Source: a virus. From it: a stretch of 64,000 nucleotides of DNA. The stretch lies in IMG/VR virus record IMGVR_UViG_3300048790_000078, positions 1 through 64,000 of that record; one strand, written 5' to 3'. How positions within the stretch are numbered: position 1 is the first letter of the stretch; each line of letters begins with the position of its first letter. The position numbers were made by a program, and so were the translations under genes. Below the pieces are notes generated by a model that did not search any database, had not been told where the DNA came from, and saw only the letters and a program-made list of their open reading frames with translations. Shown here in pieces: positions 52,577 through 62,196 of the stretch.

Positions 52577-53206
52577 ACGCCTGAGCGGTGGTCGCGATTG
52601 AACATTGGCAATTGACTGTTCGAGCGTGTAACCGCGCCGCCGATAATATCCGTGAAGCCGAAAGTAACCTAGATGGAGTCGATTGGCTAATTGCTTTAGC
52701 GTCATCGTCTCGCCGAGATAAGTGACAATCACGTTTTTGGAAGTGTTCTGCCCTTGCTCTTCCCTTGTTGCCCAGCGGACGTTTCCCGGCTCGTAATTGC
52801 CGTCTTTGTTTGGCCATCGATCTAGCGAATGTAGCGGCGTTGGCCGCTGGCCGACATAGGACAAGAAGGCCGTAAAGTTTTCCACCCATTCCTGACACAT
52901 CGTTATTCCGCGTCCGCCGTAACGGTGATACTCGTTGTGCTTAGGATAGAAGCAGCGCTGTTTCGCCCCTGCCCAAGATTGATATTCCAATTGGTGCGTG
53001 TTCTTGATTGCATTCGGCCTCAAGGCCCCGCACGGTTGGCATGATCTGCTCTTCCCTGAGCGCAAATCGTTCGTGCCTACCTCCTTAACGGTTCCGCATT
53101 CGCACCTGCACAGCCATCGCACCCTCTTCTTCTGCGCTGTCCTCTCGATAACGAACCACTTCCCGAACGTCTGCCCTGTTACGTCAATAAAGTTGTCTCT
53201 GCCCAT
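52520..53206 (-). CDS. HNH-type homing endonuclease
   Basis: WLCRCECG; W...KQRC......Y..YGGRGI..C..W; SLDR....GNYEPGN.RWAT. Confidence 0.85.
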   Translation of the reverse strand: MGRDNFIDVTGQTFGKWFVIERTAQKKRVRWLCRCECGTVKEVGTNDLRSGKSRSCQPCGALRPNAIKNTHQLEYQSWAGAKQRCFYPKHNEYHRYGGRGITMCQEWVENFTAFLSYVGQRPTPLHSLDRWPNKDGNYEPGNVRWATREEQGQNTSKNVIVTYLGETMTLKQLANRLHLGYFRLHGYYRRRGYTLEQSIANVQSRPPLRRSSAANAPLPAVLNLGLFD

Positions 53207-53238
53207 AGGAATGAGTATATACTAACCATACCGCATAT

Positions 53239-53406
53239 ATGCGAACAAAATTACTTATCTCTCTCGAAAAAGAACTCCTGGACCGGATCGAAGAGCACCG
53301 GTACAAAAACCGCATACCCAGCCGCGCTGAGGCGATGCGCTCGCTCATGGTGACAGCCCTCGACAAGGCTGCGCCGCCTCCAACAAAAAGGAAGGTCCGC
53401 AAATGA
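53239..53406 (+). CDS. CopG/RHH transcriptional regulator (absent from the ORF track)
   Basis: MRTKLLISLEKELLDRIEEHRYKNRIPSRAEAMRSL. Confidence 0.75.
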   Translation: MRTKLLISLEKELLDRIEEHRYKNRIPSRAEAMRSLMVTALDKAAPPPTKRKVRK

Positions 53407-54071
53407 AACGATCAGACCGCCGCTTTTATTACGAGACCCCGCAGCACCTCACAGATGCCGCGCTGTCCATCTGCGTAGAACTCGACCGGGAGTATCCGTA
53501 CCTGGCCGAGTTCCACCTCGAAAACGACGGCACTTACCGGCTGTTCAGCCTGCACACCGTCAGCCGTTCAATCGCCAACACCGGCAAGGAGTATGTTGGC
53601 AAAACCGGCTGGGACGTGGCATGGATCGAGCGCGACGGAACCTACGCCTACCATCAGTCGAGCGGCGGCGGCGGGCTGCGTCACAAGGTCAGCGGGATCT
53701 ACTGGCGGCATCCGGACATGCCGCACATGGTCCGCGAAGAGACGGCGACGTATTGCGATAAGGCTTTCAGGAAGCGCAACAAGACCCGGCGTTTGCGGCG
53801 GATTCCGGATGACCTGCTGCGAGACCATTACGGGAGAGGCAAGTACGACTGCCTCATGGAAATGCTGGAAAGCACTGCCATCGACAGCGACGTGTATTAT
53901 TGCGCGATCTGCGAACAGGACCTGCCGGATCGGCCGGAATCTCTCTGCCAGCATGTCTGGTGGTGCGACGAAACCGGTGCGCTTCGCGGGCCCGGCTCTG
54001 ACGAATACACGGAACCATGCGAGGACGAAGACTGCTACGATTGCTCGCGCGCAAAGGAACGGGCGGCATGA
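53403..54071 (+). CDS. Cys-rich hypothetical protein
   Basis: ATGA coupling; C..C..C.H.WWC. Confidence 0.5.
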   Translation: MKRSDRRFYYETPQHLTDAALSICVELDREYPYLAEFHLENDGTYRLFSLHTVSRSIANTGKEYVGKTGWDVAWIERDGTYAYHQSSGGGGLRHKVSGIYWRHPDMPHMVREETATYCDKAFRKRNKTRRLRRIPDDLLRDHYGRGKYDCLMEMLESTAIDSDVYYCAICEQDLPDRPESLCQHVWWCDETGALRGPGSDEYTEPCEDEDCYDCSRAKERAA

Positions 54072-54351
54072 GGAAGACTCCGCAAGCGCGCCGCTACAAA
54101 TGCCGCAACGCTGGGTGCTCAAACCACTACGATGACATCATCGGCGGCGATACCGCATTCGGCAATCACAAGGCCGGCGCCGTCTGCATCCCGTGCCTGT
54201 ACGCGGACCAGATGGTCAGCCACGGCCAGACCATCGAACAGGTCGAAGCCGTCCCTCTCCTGATGGCGCAATTCTCCGGGCTGTTGGCGAGGACAGGCTG
54301 GACGTGGGAGCATGTCAAAGAGTCCCACAAGCGAATGGCTGGAGCCGTCCA

Positions 54352-54819
54352 ATGAGCGCCGACCGTGTACCCGTCCCGATATTCTATGGCGACATCGGGA
54401 ACGGCAAGATCAATCTCGGTGATGATCGCGCCTTTTTTTCAAACCTCCTGAAAGCCCTTGAAGGCAAAGAGATCGCCATCGCAATGTGGGAACGGTTCGA
54501 CCCCGAAGATATCCTGCAACTCAGGGGATATTTTCATGGGTATGTTCTCCCCGCTATTGCCCTGGCCAGCGGGGAAAATAAAATCACGCCAGAGGTTTTG
54601 GATCGGGTGAAACGCGGGCTGAAAATTCTCTTCCTCACTGACCCGGCGACAGGCAAAGTCCCGAGCACGGAGAGCCTCAAGAAGGGCCAGTATTGGCAGT
54701 TCATTGAGAACTGTCGGCAGTACTCAGCTGAGACCCTGTGCCACTACATCGACGACCCGGACAGGGCGCGGCTCCAGCGTGCGGTCAACAGGCGGACGCC
54801 ACCGGAGGTCGCATCGTGA
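54352..54819 (+). CDS. NinB-like recombination-associated protein
   Basis: Y.HG.V...IA, LK..FL, ST..L....Y..FIE.....A......I.DP. Confidence 0.5.
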   Translation: MSADRVPVPIFYGDIGNGKINLGDDRAFFSNLLKALEGKEIAIAMWERFDPEDILQLRGYFHGYVLPAIALASGENKITPEVLDRVKRGLKILFLTDPATGKVPSTESLKKGQYWQFIENCRQYSAETLCHYIDDPDRARLQRAVNRRTPPEVAS

Positions 54820-55679
54820 AGGACTGCACGCCTCACGCCGACCCAATGGAGCTTTGGCGCAAAGGCGTTCCCTTGCGCGAGATTCCGATCTGCATCACCA
54901 CGCCGATCTGCCAGCGGTGCCAGCGTTGCATCGTTCATTGCCTTTGTCCGCCGCCTGCCGAACGCGCGACCACTGACGAATGGAAGCGCAACGGCAGAGG
55001 CAATCTGGTGCTCAAGTCATGAAGGCCGTGGTCACGAAGCGCGGGCGAGGACAGCGCGGCGGCTGCACGAAGCTCGACGACCCGAGCAGGATGCCGTGGC
55101 CGGCGGATTACTTCGAGACCCGGCCACCATCCTGCGGCAGCTCCCTCGACGGATTGGGACCGCCGCCGGAACCGATTCCCCAGCGCAGACCACGAACACG
55201 GAAAGGACGATCTCTCAATGGCGATGAGCCCATGCAAATGCGGTAAGAACCGATGGGAATACCGGCTCGACGAAACCGACTACCGAATCCACGCGACATG
55301 CAAAGCATGCAAACGAGTGGTTTCATTCCTCAGCAAGAAGGGCAAGAAACTCGCCTCCGGCTGGGTTCCGCCGCCGCTGACCAAAGGCGTTCACGCCCAC
55401 GACTACAAAGCAATCGAACACGGCCCGGGCCCGGACGCTACCGGTGACGAGCTCTGGCCACCATGGATTCCGTTCAGCGATCGCGTTGGAGTTCCTGCTC
55501 AATGACAGGCCGGACACTACGCGATCATCTGAATCTGGTTCCTGACTCATGGCTCGATCTTGAGGTGGAACTGTCGGTCGCCTCAGTGGAACGCCCGCTG
55601 CAGCACGTCCAGCTTCACGAAGAGTTCGACGAAAGCCAACCATTCGGCACCGTCATTTCGACGCGCCGGGTGCTTCAGC

Positions 55680-56520
55680 TTACGGACGTTTGACCAGCGG
55701 TATAACCTGGCTGGCCAACAGATACGGCGCGTTCTCGTCGAACCCATGCGCCCGCATCCACGCGACCCGCTGCCCGACTTCGAAGGTTACGACAAGGTAG
55801 TAGTTGCCATCGAGCGCTGCCGAACTGCGGTCCTTTGCGACTGCTTCGGAACTCCGCTCTGAACGGGCTCGCCGTTGCGATCTCCTGCAACTGGTCAATG
55901 ACCGGCTGCGCGGCGGCCTGTTCCTGCGCGAAGATCCCCGCGATCTCCGGCAACCGGCCAAACTCGATCTCCATGTCGATCCGCGTCATCCCCGCCTCGG
56001 CCAAGTCCAGCGACCCATCGGCAATCATGGCGAGGAACGGGTCTTTATCGAACTGGCCTTGTGACTGACGATTGTTGAGCTGGACGTTCATCTCCCGCTC
56101 GGTCTTCTCGTCGACGTCGATCGCCATGACCCCGACGATGTAGGACTGGCTCCCTTCGAGCTCATCGAGGATCGACAATCTCTGATGACCGCCTACGACT
56201 AGGCCGCTGCGCCTGTTCCATGTGATCGGCGTGACGCAGCCAACCGTCTCCAGCTTCTTCTTGAGCAAGCCACGCGCGTATGAGCTGATGCGGCGCGGGT
56301 TCCACGGGGCTCCTTGAATTTGATCCCTGCGGATTTCCATATAGACGCCGCTCTGGTGCTCGGTGCGCGACAGGACGACTTCCGGCTTGGGCGGCTTCGG
56401 CGCTTTGACATTGCGCTCCTTGCGCGAAGCATTCGGGTTTGGTGGCGCCTTCTCGCGCTTCTCCCGTACTTTCTTCTCGGCCCGCTCCGGCCTGACGTTC
56501 GGATTTCGTTCAGCCACCAA
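55680..56520 (-). CDS. ParB/Srx-like protein 2, probable frameshift at about 55830-55880
   Basis: I.GAPWNPR.I, ITWN..SG.VVGGHQRL, LNN...QG.FD; the alternative frame encodes YYLVVTF..WM..HGF like the paralogue's C-terminus. Confidence 0.75.
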
Positions 56521-57226
56521 AGAACTCCTTGCTCGACCAGAAACGGCCGCCCGGATCCAGCCCGACAGATTCCAGCCAGGCGTTTCGCTCGGCAGTAGAA
56601 GGCCACACCACCATCAGCGCGTCCGTCTCTTCTTTCGGCGGTGCTGCGGTATGCGTGGCCTGCTTCTCGCTGTGGATGGCCACCACGGCTTCGACAGGCG
56701 CCAGCGGCCCGGCACCCGCCGCCGGCAACGTCGCGCCCGGGAACATCGCCGCCAGATCCTCCTCGCCCATGCCGACTTCTTCGAGGTCTAGCCCTTCGGC
56801 CACCATCTGCAGCAGCGCTTCGCTGAAGTTGCCCTGCGCTGCCGCGTTGTTCATGAAGACGTTGAGCGCCCGCTCCTGCTTCTCTGACAGCCGGACCACG
56901 GCGACACCGACCAGGTAGTCGTTCTTCAGCGGGAGGTCTTCAAAGGGCGGTTCGTAGTGGTTGAGATCGTCCAGGATGCTCAGACGCAAATGACCCGAGA
57001 CCAGTACCCCGCTCCGCTCATTCCAGCAAAGGGTCTCGACAAGCCCGTTCTTCTCGATCTGCTTCTTCAGCAGCCGCCGGGACTTCTCTGTGACCAAGCG
57101 CGGATTGTATGCTGCGGTGCGGATCGTGGAGCGCTGGATCTCCCTGTAGGAGAACGTCTGGTGTTTGCTTTTTGCTGACCCGCTTGGGGCGCTCGGGGCG
57201 GTTTCGTTTGGCAAGCTCTCGCTCAA
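56510..57226 (-). CDS. ParB/Srx-like protein 1
   Basis: I..AAYNPR, GLVETL.WN..SG.LVSGH.RL, E..LNV.MNN..AQG.F. Confidence 0.8.
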   Translation of the reverse strand: MSESLPNETAPSAPSGSAKSKHQTFSYREIQRSTIRTAAYNPRLVTEKSRRLLKKQIEKNGLVETLCWNERSGVLVSGHLRLSILDDLNHYEPPFEDLPLKNDYLVGVAVVRLSEKQERALNVFMNNAAAQGNFSEALLQMVAEGLDLEEVGMGEEDLAAMFPGATLPAAGAGPLAPVEAVVAIHSEKQATHTAAPPKEETDALMVVWPSTAERNAWLESVGLDPGGRFWSSKEFFGG

Positions 57227-57869
57227 TTTCTTTTTGTCTCTGTAATTCCAGTGCTCGATCTGCCTGTGCTGCGGCGCCCGGAAAGACTTGTAGCACCCGG
57301 TCGTAGTCCGAAGGCCAGTTCTCCCTCAAGTAGAGCATACTGCTCGGGAGCACGTTCACGCCAACGCTGCGGCCGTAAGACAGGTTCGGGATGATGATGC
57401 CGGACCGTGACAGGTAGGCTTTTACGTCCTTCTCGGACCAGTCCTTGATCGGAGCGAAGCGCTTTTCTTTCGCGTTGATGCCGTCGACATACATCGAGAG
57501 GATGCCGCGGCGCTCCAGTGAATCGCGGGACTTATAGCCGTATCCGATCCACTCGCAGCCGGACTCGCGCTTCGCCATGGCTTCGACTTCTTTAACAGAG
57601 ACGGCGGGGACGTCGACCGGCGATCGGAAGATGCCGTTGCGGAGGTAGTTAGAGGTATTCCAGTGCTGATACTGGCGGACTTTGACGTGGAAAGTGTCGG
57701 CGGCGTACTCACACCAGAACCGGGAGAAGTCCAGGCCAGGTATGAAAAACATGTACATGCAGGAAAACCTGCGGCCAGCATCTTTGAGTATCTGGCAACA
57801 GGCCAAACTGTCCTTCCCGCCGCTGTAGCTGATCAAAAGCTCATCGGCGGCAGGAAGGATACTCGGCAT
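57018..57869 (-). CDS. PAPS reductase-like (PP-loop) protein
   Basis: SYSGGKDS, MFFIPGL, G.K..DSL.RR, PIKDW, P.DY......FP. Confidence 0.85.
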   Translation of the reverse strand: MPSILPAADELLISYSGGKDSLACCQILKDAGRRFSCMYMFFIPGLDFSRFWCEYAADTFHVKVRQYQHWNTSNYLRNGIFRSPVDVPAVSVKEVEAMAKRESGCEWIGYGYKSRDSLERRGILSMYVDGINAKEKRFAPIKDWSEKDVKAYLSRSGIIIPNLSYGRSVGVNVLPSSMLYLRENWPSDYDRVLQVFPGAAAQADRALELQRQKEIERELAKRNRPERPKRVSKKQTPDVLLQGDPALHDPHRSIQSALGHREVPAAAEEADREERACRDPLLE

Positions 57870-57881
57870 GCTTGAAGTTTA

Positions 57882-58067
57882 CTACTCGTGGGAGCCGGCG
57901 GTCGCAGCCTTTGCGGCGGAAGCCAGACGGCTCGCAGCCCGGAGACGCGCAGGGCTATAACGCCCACCACCAGCAGCGGCGGCACGCCGGACACCGGCAC
58001 CAGCCTGTTTCGTAGCAGCCCGGCCAGCGGCTCGTCCGCGGGCGGCAGCACTTACTTTTTTAGCCAT
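57882..58067 (-). CDS. Small Ala/Arg/Gly-rich basic peptide
   Basis: RBS AAAGGA; 61 aa, low complexity. Confidence 0.6.
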   Translation of the reverse strand: MAKKVSAAARGRAAGRAATKQAGAGVRRAAAAGGGRYSPARLRAASRLASAAKAATAGSHE

Positions 58068-58185
58068 AAGTCGATAGTTCCTTTCAGGAATGAGATGTGG
58101 ACGGATGGCCGAAACTGGTTTCAGCATAGCAAACATTATGGTCCCGCGAAATCAAATCGTTCGCGACCCTGATTCTATTGGTGAT

Positions 58186-58896
58186 TTAATAGTCCGGATC
58201 GTCAGGAGTCAGCAGACCGCGAGAGGGAAGCTTCGCTGGAACGATCTTCGCTGGCGGTGCGATCGGCGGCGCTTCGGACGGTTCCTCGGCGGCGAACAGG
58301 CCTTCCTGGACTGCTTCCTCGTCGAACGTGGCGATCGTGATCTCCACCCTGGGCCGCGCGGAGTCCTTCAGAAGCCGGCTGCCGTCCGTGGATTTGATCT
58401 GTGAATCGTCCAGGATGATGCCCATACCTTCTCGGCTCTGCCTCCCTTGGTGGAGCGGCCGTCGACACTCCGAGCACTTCACCCCGGCGACCGTTGGTGA
58501 GAGCGTCTTCTTTTTGCATACCGCGCAGGGGAAGGCGTACATCGGTGCCTGCAGTCCGTCTGCGATCGCGTCGTAATACCCGAACAAATCGCCCACTGCG
58601 GCCTTCCTGAAGATCAACATCTTGACCGAAACAGGGACATCGATCGGCAGCTTTACGCCAGCCTTCTGCAAGGCAAATCGGATCGCAGGAGCCTGAAGGA
58701 TTGCTTCGTCCAGCCACTTCTTGAAAGCGTCAGACGGCAACAGCTTATTGAATCCGCTGGCCCGGCCAACCTCTTGACCGCATTCCGAGCACTTCCGGTA
58801 TTCCTCGGTGCGCTTGCCCGGAATATGCACAATGTTCGGACTGTTTTTTTTGGTCCGTGGAATTCCTTCGACAACCAGACGGCAAATCTCGCTCAT
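58186..58896 (-). CDS. RusA-like Holliday junction resolvase with zinc-ribbon insertions
   Basis: G.P.TKKNS; DL.....AI.D.L; GII.DD..I; PRVEITI. Confidence 0.75.
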   Translation of the reverse strand: MSEICRLVVEGIPRTKKNSPNIVHIPGKRTEEYRKCSECGQEVGRASGFNKLLPSDAFKKWLDEAILQAPAIRFALQKAGVKLPIDVPVSVKMLIFRKAAVGDLFGYYDAIADGLQAPMYAFPCAVCKKKTLSPTVAGVKCSECRRPLHQGRQSREGMGIILDDSQIKSTDGSRLLKDSARPRVEITIATFDEEAVQEGLFAAEEPSEAPPIAPPAKIVPAKLPSRGLLTPDDPDY

Positions 58897-59716
58897 GAAG
58901 CCTCGGTAACGCAAGCGGTCGCTTCAGTTCCGTTCTCTTCATTTTCCTGGTGCTGCCAGAACTGTGCTAGCGCGGCCTGTTTCCGTAGCTCCGTAAGCTC
59001 GGCGAGAAGATCGTTTATTTCTTCCGTGTTCGAGTGTGAGCCTTGAATGTGGCCAAACAGCCACGAAAGAAAGCACGCGACCAGCCACGCGATACCAACG
59101 ATTACTTGCACGCGCGCTCCACGGCTACGATGCGGGTCTGGCACATGCCGAGATCGATAGCGTGACGGATCAGCCGGTGCTTCATGGCGTAGATTGCCGC
59201 GTTGCAGTCGGTCATGTTCCGCCGCTGGTCGTGACTGACCCGGGCGAAGCTGTTCAGCTTGGCGACCGCCGGAAGTGCTTCGAGGATCTGACGCTCGGTC
59301 ACAGTTTGAGTTTCTCCTTTGAGTGCTTCGGGCAGACATCCGTATCCGGTTCCGTGTGCACCGCGCAGCCACCACATAGCGGCTTGTCGCATGTCTTCCC
59401 GCCGCCCATTGGGAAGTCGCACAGCTTGTCACCGGGCTTGCCACAGACCGAGCACGGCTTACTCCGACTACGACCGCCGCAGACGATTGCAAACTTCCCG
59501 TTGGCAAAGCCAACCGTTCGGCACGGCATCAGATCTCCTCGCTGGCTTTCTCAGCCTTAAGCAAATCGATGGCCCGCGAAGCCTCCGCGACCGTCAGTTC
59601 GTCGGCATAGGACTTTCCGGGGAACCGAAGCTGAATCCAGCCGCGCCGCTGCGCACTGGTGTCGTAACCGCAATCAACGAAGAGGATGGCCAGGAACTCG
59701 GCCTGTGTCATCTTGC

Positions 59717-60502
59717 TCAAAGCTCTACGACCTCCGTTCTCCTGTCCTGCGCGGCGATCGTCAGGCTGGCGTTCGACCCGCGCCGCAACAGCGCTTCCTG
59801 TGCCCGCTCCCGAACTGCCGCCGGATCGTTGCAAGTTCGACTCAAATGGGCCAACATGACGTGGCGCACAGCCCGCCCCAGGTCACCGCGGAGGTACTCT
59901 TCGGTGTCGCCGTTCGACAGATGCCCGAGCTCGCCAGAGACCCGCAGCTTGACGTTGTGCGGGTGCGGTCCGGCCATCAGCATCGCCAGATCGTGATTGG
60001 ACTCGATCATCAGTGCGTCGATACTGCGGAAGGTCCAGCGGAGCGCGTCCGGGATGTACCCGAGGTCTGTCGCTACCCCGATCTTCGCGTGGTTCGATTC
60101 GACGATGAAGCCCACGGCGTCAACGCAGTCGTGCGGAACACTCCATGGCTGGATCCGCAGATCGCCAACCTCGAACGCCTTACCCGCCTCGAAGTACCGC
60201 ACCGGCGGCCGCTCCAGATCGCCCCACTTGATGAGCGCATTGGTCGCCTCGGTCACATACACCGGAAGCGCCACGCCTCTGCTGATGCAGTGCCGGACAG
60301 CCCGCACTACTCCTGAGACATGATCGGTGTGCGCGTGCGACAGAACGATCCCGGACAGGCCTTCAATGGTCTCGCCGATCTCGCGGAGTCGCGCTGCCAG
60401 CGTCTTCATGGGTAGGCCGTTGTCTATGAGGATCTTCGTGGTGCCGCTCGACAAGAACGTCGCGTTGCCGGCCGACCCGCTCGCGAGAGAACATAGTCTC
60501 AC
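59717..60502 (-). CDS. MBL-fold metallo-hydrolase (YycJ/WalJ-like)
   Basis: LASGSAGN, SHAHTDH, PHD, TDLG, ESNHD, GHLSN, LAHLS. Confidence 0.9.
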   Translation of the reverse strand: MRLCSLASGSAGNATFLSSGTTKILIDNGLPMKTLAARLREIGETIEGLSGIVLSHAHTDHVSGVVRAVRHCISRGVALPVYVTEATNALIKWGDLERPPVRYFEAGKAFEVGDLRIQPWSVPHDCVDAVGFIVESNHAKIGVATDLGYIPDALRWTFRSIDALMIESNHDLAMLMAGPHPHNVKLRVSGELGHLSNGDTEEYLRGDLGRAVRHVMLAHLSRTCNDPAAVRERAQEALLRRGSNASLTIAAQDRRTEVVEL

Positions 60503-60712
60503 AAGGCCGCCGCCTTCGATGTATGGAATGGCGGGTTGGGTATTTCCTCAACCGTGCAGCGGAAGAACCGGCAAAGCTCTGACTCCAGTTCCGCGGTGTC
60601 GTTGGTCGCAGCAATCCAGCCACGCGCCTGCATGTCCCTGATCGGGTACTCGAAGAGCAACCTGTCCGGTAGCTGCCGCTTGCAGGGCTGCGCGAGACAG
60701 AAGTGGGTACCT

Positions 60713-61057
60713 TCAGCCATTTCCGTTCTCTCCGTACATGTCCGCCCGCATCTCTGCGGCGGCTTTCTGGATCTCTTCCTTCGTGTCTTCCTTTAATCGT
60801 TCTGCAGGCGGCATGTAATCGTTGTACGCTTTGCGGAACGCCGGGTCGCAGAACTGAAGTACCAGCTTGCAGTCTCGAATAAACTGCTGCTTCCCTGCTT
60901 CGTCGAGAGAGGCGAAGTAGCTCATGGACCGCTCGTACTCGGTCGGATCGGCCTTACGGCGCCGCCCGGCGTCAATACGCTTCTTGCGGACCTTCCGGGG
61001 CTTTACTGTGCCGGTAGCTTCGAGGAGCGGGTGTGGTTGAGTTTCAGTGTCGGTCAT
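60713..61057 (-). CDS. Hypothetical protein
   Basis: RBS GAGG; basic RKKRIDAG.RR segment. Confidence 0.45.
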   Translation of the reverse strand: MTDTETQPHPLLEATGTVKPRKVRKKRIDAGRRRKADPTEYERSMSYFASLDEAGKQQFIRDCKLVLQFCDPAFRKAYNDYMPPAERLKEDTKEEIQKAAAEMRADMYGENGNG

Positions 61058-61228
61058 TTTGTGTCAAACCTCGTCTGACAGCGCGGGCATTTCATGGACC
61101 CGCCTGGTTTCCGCGTCTTCCAAACGTGCTTGCAGGACGGTGACGGACAGGTGGCTATCTCGGCCTGTCCCATCTGCTTTAACTTGGGCTTCATGCTTTG
61201 ACTAGACTACGGTAGAGTGGTCAACTTG

Positions 61229-61597
61229 TCAAGCGCCGCGAAGCAACTCGAACAGAGCGAAGTGCGCCGCCGCTTCCTTCTCTCGTGAGAAGCCGTAGCG
61301 TTTCTCAAAGTCTGGCCAGCCAATCGAATGCTGCTGTTCATGATGAAACCTGCACAAAGGGACCGCCCCGCTATCTGTGCCCTTCAAGCCCTTCCCCGCG
61401 CTCGGACCATGGGCGGGGTCAATCGGGTAGCTATGGTACTCGCCTTCGCCCGACACGAGACATTCCCGCTCCTTCAGCCAATCGAGATACGGACGGCACC
61501 TGAAGACGGTGGTTCGCCGCGGCTTCGCGCGCTTCGCCCGTATCGGCTTCGTCGCCTTTGGCATCGGAGTGCGCCGGAGTGGACCGCCGCGCTTCAC
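61229..61597 (-). CDS. DUF968/HNH-like putative nuclease
   Basis: YL.WL....C...G......PAH.....G.G.K..D..AVPLC..HH..QH. Confidence 0.7.
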   Translation of the reverse strand: MKRGGPLRRTPMPKATKPIRAKRAKPRRTTVFRCRPYLDWLKERECLVSGEGEYHSYPIDPAHGPSAGKGLKGTDSGAVPLCRFHHEQQHSIGWPDFEKRYGFSREKEAAAHFALFELLRGA

Positions 61598-62196
61598 CGG
61601 ATAGACTCCAGGTGTCCACGTCCAGCTTGCGTGATGCGCCATCCCCAACTACTGCTGCCGGACGTCCACTCCACGTAACCGCTACCTGCAAGACGCCTGA
61701 GTATCCTGGACGCGCTCCCGCCGAAACCCTGGGATGTCATTTGAACGCCTGGCCATATTTCCATCCCAATGGCATTTGCCGGAATCAGTTCGCGTCTGTC
61801 TTTTGTCGCAAGATACGTCAGGGCACGCAATGTGGCAGTGGCGAGATCCACTGGATATCCAACGCGCCTCACAACACCGTCTCCCAGAGCGCCCGCGCCG
61901 GCCGCTTCTTGTCTGGCTCCAGATTCACCTTGGGGCGCTTGAAACAACCTGTCGCCGCCGACTTCGCCTCTTCCATCGTCTTCCCCACCGCGAACGCATA
62001 CGGGCCGTGTTTGGCCGGGTAGAACAGGTGCTCCCTGTAGGCGCCAAATGTGCCCGGCGTTTGCTTTACTCCCATCGGCCAATCTTGTGGAGCATCTTCC
62101 GGGATCTCATGGACGTACACCACGAACTCGCCGCTGCAGAAATACTGCACGCCGGAAGAATCCGACCCGGTTGACCAGTCGATGAAGGTTGCCCGC

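Noticed and set aside
57018-57226. Programmed frameshift fusing the PAPS-reductase-like gene to ParB
   Set aside because: There is a 209 nt overlap, but it needs a +1 shift and no canonical slippery heptamer is present; a TTG start explains it
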